From Escherichia phage DK-13, in sequence record MT611523.1: a DNA stretch of 64,000 nt; one strand, written 5' to 3'. This document shows, in pieces, positions 58,725 to 64,000 of the stretch. The position numbers and the translations under genes were made by a program. The notes beneath the pieces were generated by a model, which saw nothing but the letters and a program-made list of their open reading frames with translations, ran no database searches and was not told the DNA's origin. Positions within the stretch are counted from its first letter, which is position 1. Every line of letters starts with the position of its first letter.

Positions 58725-58928
58725 TCACTTTATGTTACGTTTGATTAATTCTGCAACTTCAAGAAGTTCATCCTTTGTTGCGGTGTCTGAAGCTATTTTA
58801 ATACGGATTTCTTTGAAGCGTTCTTTAAACTCTTCAGCTTCTCTTATATCAAAAAATCGTTGGATAACACGGTATTCTTTATGGACGGCTTTATCAAACA
58901 GTTCCATATTCACTTTGAAGTTCGTCAT
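58725..58928 (-). CDS. hypothetical protein (rIIA.1 position)
   Basis: Start moved to ATG after CAGGAGATTGGAA (tracker start is TTG); 67 aa; overlaps upstream gene by about 35 nt. Confidence 0.5.
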   Translation of the reverse strand: MTNFKVNMELFDKAVHKEYRVIQRFFDIREAEEFKERFKEIRIKIASDTATKDELLEVAELIKRNIK

Positions 58929-59193
58929 TTCCAATCTCCTGCAATATTTTTCTCATACTACGCATGGTAGCTTTATGTTCTTGGTCATGGTATATCAATG
59001 CAAGGAGTGCTTCAATTCGCTCCTCAGGGACCTTCTGGCCAGCCTTAATGCTCATGGCTGTTGCTCTTACAGCCAACAAGTAACTTCGCTTCCTGTCGCT
59101 ATCTGGGAGCTCCTGTACCTTCCTCAGGCCTGCTTCCATAATACAACGAGCAACATTCTGCAGATTAACTAAACTTCCATCAGACATAATCAT
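58894..59193 (-). CDS. hypothetical protein
   Basis: 99-aa ORF after SD GAGGTGAAAAT; own promoter and terminator upstream. Confidence 0.5.
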   Translation of the reverse strand: MIMSDGSLVNLQNVARCIMEAGLRKVQELPDSDRKRSYLLAVRATAMSIKAGQKVPEERIEALLALIYHDQEHKATMRSMRKILQEIGNDELQSEYGTV

Positions 59194-59210
59194 ATTTTCA
59201 CCTCAAAGAC

Positions 59211-59239
59211 ATCTTAACGCAATTTTTATGGCTTGTACA
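59211..59239 (-). promoter_or_regulatory. early promoter (TGTACA, 17 nt, TAAGAT)
   Basis: - strand TTATGTACAAGCCATAAAAATTGCGTTAAGATG. Confidence 0.4.
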
Positions 59240-59242
59240 TAA

Positions 59243-59264
59243 TAAAAAAGGACCCGAAGGTCCT
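59243..59264 (-). terminator. rho-independent terminator
   Basis: - strand AGGACCTTCGGGTCCT then TTTTTTATTAT. Confidence 0.65.
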
Positions 59265-59269
59265 TTTGG

Positions 59270-59422
59270 CTACTCAACTTTATAGACTTGCCCATACGCG
59301 GTATAGTATTCACCATCCCAGGTCTCGCACATAATGGTGACAAAGGATGCAAACAGGGGTTTAGTATCGGCCCACAGATAACCGTATTCGCCATTTGACA
59401 ACGTAACCCACCACTTTTTCAT
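59270..59422 (-). CDS. small hypothetical protein (50 aa), not in ORF track
   Basis: ATG after TAGGAGAAGTCC; MKKWWVTLSNGEYGYLWADTKPLFASF...; preceded by palindrome GGGAGAATATTCTCCC just after gene 39 stop. Confidence 0.35.
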   Translation of the reverse strand: MKKWWVTLSNGEYGYLWADTKPLFASFVTIMCETWDGEYYTAYGQVYKVE

Positions 59423-59464
59423 GGACTTCTCCTATAAGACGGGAGAATATTCTCCCACATCTAT

Positions 59465-61297
59465 TTATAGCGTCGCATTCATCCAGTCTTTACGCTGCTG
59501 GGAATCTTTACCGAATAGCATTTCGAACAGTTCTTTCCAGTTGTCGGGCAATTGAACAACTTCGAATACCGGTTCGAGCAATACACGTTTATACTCGGCA
59601 TCTTCCAGAGAACCAAGCCCCTTGATATATCGGATGGTGTGCTTCGGAAGTTTATCCTTAGCTTCTTCATAGTCAGGGAGAGAATAGAACCATTCTTGTT
59701 TATCTTTGAGCTGTGCAATAATAACAGGAGTTTTCACAAAGCGAATTCGTCCTTCATGGAACAACTCTGGCCAGTTACTGAAAAACGCCAATAATGATGG
59801 ATAGATACTACCGACACCATCCACATCCGCATCTGTCATGATAGCAATGTTTCGGTAATTCATATTCTCGGCCGGTTGTCCAATCGTTAATCCAGTAATT
59901 GCACACACATCAAAGGCTTCAGCGTTCTTCATAACTTCAACAGCTTTCAGACCCCATGTGTTTTTAAACTTACCACGTAATGGATAAGCACCTTGCAATT
60001 CACGGTCACGAACCTTGATAAATGGACCGGTTGCAGAATCACCTTCAGTCAGGAACAGAGTTGTTTCCAACTTATCATTGCCCCATTCGTTGGCTTTGAT
60101 ATGCTTTTGTACCTTGGCCTTTGAAGCTTTCTTATTTGCTTTAGTCTCTGCTGCTTTCTCTGCAGCCAATTTACGGGCTAATGCAGCTTCAACAATCGGC
60201 ATAATCAGCGGTTCATTTTTCAGAATAGCTTGCGCGATTTTCTTGGCATCAATCTTAATGTGATTTCGAATTTCGCCAGCCGGAGAAGTCAATCGCTCCT
60301 TGGTCTGGGAATCAAATCGCATGTTGCTCATATCGCGGATGAACATAAGCATGGTGAGACATTCTTTAACTCGTGCCTTGGTCACCTCGATGCCTTTATA
60401 TTTGCGCTTAATCGCAGGCTGAAGGTATTCACAGATATCATCCATAACACATTCAACGTGGTGTCCGCCATTCTTTGTATGAATATTGTTGACATAAGTC
60501 AGCTGACGGAAACCGTCCGGGCTGGTCGTAAAGGCCATCGATACTGTATCAGTTTCCTGGATAACAACTTCAGTTCCGAATTGCTTGGAGAACTTCTTGA
60601 AATTACCATCAACCTTTTTACCATTAAAGGTGAACTGAATATCCGGATAAACAACCGCGAGAGTCTGTAAACGGTCTAATGTAATATCCAGATAAATCTG
60701 GGACAGACTATTTTCTTCAAAGTGACTAAAATCTGGAACAAATATAACAGTTGTACCTTTGCCCTTAGATTTCTTGGTGGACCAACCTTTGTTTTCCATA
60801 CCGTTGGAGCAGTTAACAGTAATTTCATTTGTCCCATCAGCGGTAATCCCGGTGAACAATACAGAGAAAATATTGGTCAGAGAAGACCCGACACCATTCA
60901 TCCCGCCAGTTTTACGTTCAGCATCATCACCGAAGTTGCCACCGGCTTTTGGAATAGTCCATGCTGCAACAGGGCCAGGGATTTGTTCACCGTTTTGGTC
61001 TGTAACCATTGCTTGTGGAATACCACGGCCATTATCAGAAACCGAAATCTGATTATCTTTAATTTGGACATCAATTTTATTGGCAAATTTAAAACTGGTG
61101 CGAATTGCTTCATCAACAGAGTTATCGATAATTTCATCAATCAGTTTTACAATACCAGGAACATAGCTTACGGACTTATATTCACCAAACAAGAATCGCT
61201 CATGCGCTTCATTTGAACTGGAACCAATATACATCCCGGAACGTTTTTTGATATGCTCGACGTCCGAGAGTACTTTAATTTCATTATTAATCATCAT
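59465..61297 (-). CDS. 39: DNA topoisomerase II large subunit gp39 (GyrB-like ATPase), unsplit
   Basis: 610 aa; GHKL ATPase motifs (...DNGRGIP..., GGMNGVGSS) plus TOPRIM-type C-terminal region; single continuous ORF, no gene-60 split. Confidence 0.9.
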   Translation of the reverse strand: MMINNEIKVLSDVEHIKKRSGMYIGSSSNEAHERFLFGEYKSVSYVPGIVKLIDEIIDNSVDEAIRTSFKFANKIDVQIKDNQISVSDNGRGIPQAMVTDQNGEQIPGPVAAWTIPKAGGNFGDDAERKTGGMNGVGSSLTNIFSVLFTGITADGTNEITVNCSNGMENKGWSTKKSKGKGTTVIFVPDFSHFEENSLSQIYLDITLDRLQTLAVVYPDIQFTFNGKKVDGNFKKFSKQFGTEVVIQETDTVSMAFTTSPDGFRQLTYVNNIHTKNGGHHVECVMDDICEYLQPAIKRKYKGIEVTKARVKECLTMLMFIRDMSNMRFDSQTKERLTSPAGEIRNHIKIDAKKIAQAILKNEPLIMPIVEAALARKLAAEKAAETKANKKASKAKVQKHIKANEWGNDKLETTLFLTEGDSATGPFIKVRDRELQGAYPLRGKFKNTWGLKAVEVMKNAEAFDVCAITGLTIGQPAENMNYRNIAIMTDADVDGVGSIYPSLLAFFSNWPELFHEGRIRFVKTPVIIAQLKDKQEWFYSLPDYEEAKDKLPKHTIRYIKGLGSLEDAEYKRVLLEPVFEVVQLPDNWKELFEMLFGKDSQQRKDWMNATL

Positions 61298-61319
61298 CTT
61301 TCCTCTTGTGTATGGAGGT

Positions 61320-61346
61320 ATTATAAGTCACATATTTTAAAGCAAA
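61320..61346 (-). promoter_or_regulatory. MotA-dependent middle promoter upstream of gene 39
   Basis: - strand TTTGCTTTA (MotA-box-like), 12-nt spacer, TATAAT; overlaps T-run of upstream terminator. Confidence 0.5.
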
Positions 61347-61362
61347 AAGGCCCGAAGGCCTT
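61343..61362 (-). terminator. rho-independent terminator
   Basis: - strand AAAGGCCTTCGGGCCTTTTT right after stop of the 61363..61761 gene. Confidence 0.65.
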
Positions 61363-61761
61363 TTATTTGAATCGAAGCTGCTCTAACATTTTAATAGCTT
61401 GTAGACGTCCGGCTTCAGTTTTAACCGTAATAATAACATCACCGCCGGTAACAACGATATCCTCTTTTGATTCCTGTTCGGTTATTTCAGAATCACATTC
61501 CGGGACTTCTTCAAAATATTTAAATTCATCACCAAAAATAAGACCGGTTCCATTACGACTATGGAAAGAAAACCCAGTTCCATCGATAGTACTAAATTCC
61601 GTAACAACATTTGCTTCCATCTTAGTGACTGAAAACTCTTTGGTAGTAACCAAATCAATGATAGAGGTTCCTTGTTGGTTCAAAATGCTACCAGGCATAC
61701 CGACATGTTTAAGGAAGCCATCTAAATCTTTAATGCAATAACTCTTTCCAATTTTAAACAT
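61363..61761 (-). CDS. hypothetical protein
   Basis: Start moved to ATG after GAATGAGGATATT; about 132 aa. Confidence 0.5.
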   Translation of the reverse strand: MFKIGKSYCIKDLDGFLKHVGMPGSILNQQGTSIIDLVTTKEFSVTKMEANVVTEFSTIDGTGFSFHSRNGTGLIFGDEFKYFEEVPECDSEITEQESKEDIVVTGGDVIITVKTEAGRLQAIKMLEQLRFK

Positions 61762-61768
61762 AATATCC

Positions 61769-62029
61769 TCATTCGAATCGGATGGTTGAATTCTTAAACA
61801 GCAATCCAGAACAAACGGTTCCTTCAACTTTCTTACCAGTTGGGCCCACGGCTGTAAAACCTGTGTGTTGAAAATCATCTTTACCACAAGAGAACCAGTT
61901 ATAACCGGTGATTTGGATTTGCTCATAGCCGTTTGCATCTAATACACGAATGGCATTATCTGCATCAGTACAACCAGCCAATGAAACCGCCAGTACCAGT
62001 GCTGCAATAGAACGATTAATGTATTTCAT
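61769..62029 (-). CDS. predicted lipoprotein
   Basis: 86 aa; signal peptide with lipobox LAGC (MKYINRSIAALVLAVSLAGCTDA...). Confidence 0.55.
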   Translation of the reverse strand: MKYINRSIAALVLAVSLAGCTDADNAIRVLDANGYEQIQITGYNWFSCGKDDFQHTGFTAVGPTGKKVEGTVCSGLLFKNSTIRFE

Positions 62030-62035
62030 AATTCC

Positions 62036-62212
62036 TCACTTAGTCAGCAGGTCGTAAAAACCGCCATTAACATGTTTAGGAGCCGAGACTAACCGAACAG
62101 CCAGCCGATGGCAATCAGGACAAACATCATTATCTCTTTCAGAGATTTTCTTGATTTTTTCGTATTCTTTTGCGCAGTCATTGGATTGGCATTTGTAATC
62201 ATAAAGTGGCAT
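62036..62212 (-). CDS. FmdB-type zinc-ribbon protein (58 aa), not in ORF track
   Basis: MPLYDYKCQSNDCAKEYE...DNDVCPDCH; SD AAGGAATAAC. Confidence 0.5.
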   Translation of the reverse strand: MPLYDYKCQSNDCAKEYEKIKKISERDNDVCPDCHRLAVRLVSAPKHVNGGFYDLLTK

Positions 62213-62213
62213 G

Positions 62214-62588
62214 TTATTCCTTAAAATGTGCTTTCAACATCTGGTACACGGTCCAGGCTTCAGAGTTATTAGAAATTGTGATTTTAGTCAAAGGGAATTC
62301 GCTTGGTTCAAATGCTTCATCAGCGTCTTCGCATTCATCTTCAGTATCGTCATCTTTTTCTTCTTCAAAGAAACGACGCTCATCTTCCTTTATGAATATT
62401 CTCTCTATTCCACCGGTCGAAAATTCTATCCGATATACATCACCACCTTCAATTCCGACTGGTCTAAATCCTTCACCATTGATTATAGCATCAGCTATAT
62501 TATCATTATCAGAGCATAACAAACGAAATCTGCTTTCAGCAACATTATCTTTAAAATAATACCATTTATCAGTTTCAAATTTCAACAT
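62214..62588 (-). CDS. hypothetical protein with strongly acidic segment
   Basis: Start moved to ATG after GGAAGGAGACTTATC; about 124 aa; EEEKDDDTEDECEDADEAFE. Confidence 0.5.
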   Translation of the reverse strand: MLKFETDKWYYFKDNVAESRFRLLCSDNDNIADAIINGEGFRPVGIEGGDVYRIEFSTGGIERIFIKEDERRFFEEEKDDDTEDECEDADEAFEPSEFPLTKITISNNSEAWTVYQMLKAHFKE

Positions 62589-62805
62589 GATAAGTCTCCT
62601 TCCAAAAATCTGTACCATCTTCTGATTCTTCGCGGAACAGCGCATAGCTAGGTAATTCCGCACCTTCATACGCATACACATAAATGATATCAGTGGTGCA
62701 AAGAAATTCATTGATGTTTTTCTTAACAATCACTTTATCACTTTCAGCGGTTTCCCAGAACTCTTCAGCGGTCAGGGAAGTGGTCACACAATCTTCATTA
62801 AACAT
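62575..62805 (-). CDS. hypothetical protein
   Basis: Start moved to ATG after CAATGAGGAGAATATT; about 76 aa. Confidence 0.45.
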   Translation of the reverse strand: MFNEDCVTTSLTAEEFWETAESDKVIVKKNINEFLCTTDIIYVYAYEGAELPSYALFREESEDGTDFWKETYHVEI

Positions 62806-62850
62806 AATATTCTCCTCATTGATAGGGCAAAACCCTATCATTTTTATAAT

Positions 62851-63342
62851 TTAGGCACGATGAATATCAGCATACTCAACGATAAAGCTTTCAGGAACCA
62901 CCTTAAAGGTTCCAAGGAACACGATGTTATAGAGCTTAACGCCTTTTTCAACCCACTGGTCTGTGATGTAACCAGACATGCTAGTGGTTTCATAAGTACC
63001 AAAAGGTTCGTCAACATATTCAAACGGTTTAGGTGAAACAAAAAAGACACCTTTGCCCAATTTCCATTTAAAATCAACCCCAACATGAGACTGGTCAATG
63101 GTTTCAACTTCTTCGGTCACAGGAGCGATGTACCCAGTAAATTCGGTTGATTCCAGGAATTTAGGATGTACATAAGCCAATTGAGTTTCAGTCTGGCCAT
63201 TTTTAGGAATAATACGCACTTTAACTTCTTTAATTCCACCTACTAAATTAGTGCGAAGACCCACAACCTCAACAAAACGACCAGCAGCTTTAGAACGAGA
63301 TTCTTTAGAAACACGTGCAATATCACCAACTTCAACTTTCAT
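62851..63342 (-). CDS. hypothetical protein; candidate MotB-like by position/size; paralog of the next gene
   Basis: 163 aa; basic beta-rich N-terminus MKVEVGDIARVSK...; C-terminus ...GYITDQWVEKGVKLYNIVFLGTFKVVPESF similar to 63419..63889. Confidence 0.4.
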   Translation of the reverse strand: MKVEVGDIARVSKESRSKAAGRFVEVVGLRTNLVGGIKEVKVRIIPKNGQTETQLAYVHPKFLESTEFTGYIAPVTEEVETIDQSHVGVDFKWKLGKGVFFVSPKPFEYVDEPFGTYETTSMSGYITDQWVEKGVKLYNIVFLGTFKVVPESFIVEYADIHRA

Positions 63343-63378
63343 AATTTTCTCTCTTGGTTAATAAGTTTATTCTCCAGT

Positions 63379-63413
63379 GGGGCCATTATACTCCGGCCCC
63401 AAGAGTTTGTACA
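63379..63413 (-). promoter_or_regulatory. early promoter with inverted repeat spanning -10
   Basis: - strand TGTACA-aactcttGGGGCCGgag-TATAAT-gGCCCC. Confidence 0.5.
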
Positions 63414-63418
63414 CAAAT

Positions 63419-63889
63419 TTAATTAAAAATTTCAACAGCCATGGAACGTGGTACAACAGTAAATTCACCAGCATGGACAACGTTCAGGAGTTCAACACCA
63501 TCTTCAATCCACTGGTCTGTTACCCAACCACAAATGGAACTATTAAATGGACGTTTGATTTGAACTGGTTTACACAACAAGTCAATAGGGTCACCCAGCT
63601 CGCTAACTTCTTCCAGCAGTACAGATTCACGCGGATAAAGGATAGCTTCAAGATTGTCACCTGATTCATTGACTGCAGTAAATTCAAAAATGCTTTGGTG
63701 ATTGTGGTACTTAACTGTTTTAACGGTAAATGGAGCAAATCCAAAAATACCTTTCAGTACCCGCCAACCGGCATTCAATGCATTAGTATTATCAAAATCA
63801 CCATATCCAACAAGTTGATAGGTTTTGTCAACTTTGATAGGAGTTTCTTCAACTTCTTTGAAGAGTTCAATCTCAGCTTCATAAACCAT
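63419..63889 (-). CDS. hypothetical protein, tandem paralog of 62851..63342; reading frame stays open upstream to the window end
   Basis: C-terminus ...CGWVTDQWIEDGVELLNVVHAGEFTVVPRSM; no in-frame stop between 63890 and 64000, so the true start may lie outside the window. Confidence 0.45.
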   Translation of the reverse strand: MVYEAEIELFKEVEETPIKVDKTYQLVGYGDFDNTNALNAGWRVLKGIFGFAPFTVKTVKYHNHQSIFEFTAVNESGDNLEAILYPRESVLLEEVSELGDPIDLLCKPVQIKRPFNSSICGWVTDQWIEDGVELLNVVHAGEFTVVPRSMAVEIFN

Positions 63890-64000
63890 AATTTTTTCTA
63901 CTTCATTTGTATCAAGGCGACGTGCATGTAGAATATATGCTTTATCAAACCAGTTACTTTTTACAAAAGTTTCAACAATAAATTCACCTTCACCTAAAGC

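Noticed and set aside
59203-59394. 63-aa tracker ORF downstream of gene 39
   Set aside because: Alternative frame over the same DNA as a 50-aa ORF (59270..59422) that has a strong SD; the 63-aa frame has no SD and runs through the terminator.
59465-61297. Possible gene-60-style split or translational-bypass element in the topoisomerase large-subunit gene
   Set aside because: Gene 39 is one continuous 610-codon frame with no internal stop or insertion.

Overview
This window reads as a T-even (T4/T2-like) myovirus genome segment, largely syntenic with the T4 map from the uvsY/baseplate-hub region through the long-tail-fibre genes and across the conventional rIIB/rIIA map origin to gene 39. All identifications rest on reading the six-frame translations against remembered T4 protein families, motifs, gene order and sizes; no database search was run. 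Leftward (- strand) early/middle genes recognised: uvsY, 25, 26, alt, 30 (DNA ligase), 31, cd, pseT, a spanin pair, rnlA (gene 63), denA, nrdB, an HNH homing endonuclease (mobE-like), nrdA, td, frd, 32, 59, 33, dsbA, rnh, asiA, motA, 52, rIIB, rIIA and an uninterrupted 610-aa gene 39. Rightward (+ strand) late genes: 51, 27, 28, 29, 48, 54, then 34-35-36-37, a glycine-rich T2-type gp38 adhesin, and holin t. td and nrdB have no introns and gene 39 is not split, so the phage looks closer to T2/T6-type than to T4 itself. Many tracker ORFs begin at non-ATG codons or inside upstream promoters; starts were moved to the ATG with a Shine-Dalgarno where this could be read. The accessory content sits in islands of small ORFs (cd-pseT, frd-32, asiA-motA, 52-rIIB, upstream of 39). 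The most notable signal is a repeated early-promoter cassette (-35 TGTACA or GTTTACA, 17-bp spacer, -10 TATAAT or CATAAT) with an inverted repeat spanning the -10 whose arms co-vary between copies, often fused to a UUCG-loop terminator. Other candidates are paralogous gene families, a NADAR-like protein beside the Alt ADP-ribosyltransferase, a partial duplication next to an Alc-sized protein, clusters of small membrane peptides, and a homing-endonuclease-like ORF with no ATG start. No CRISPR array, tRNA or rRNA was recognised. I did not find one clearly novel multi-gene system; the findings below are candidates, not demonstrations.
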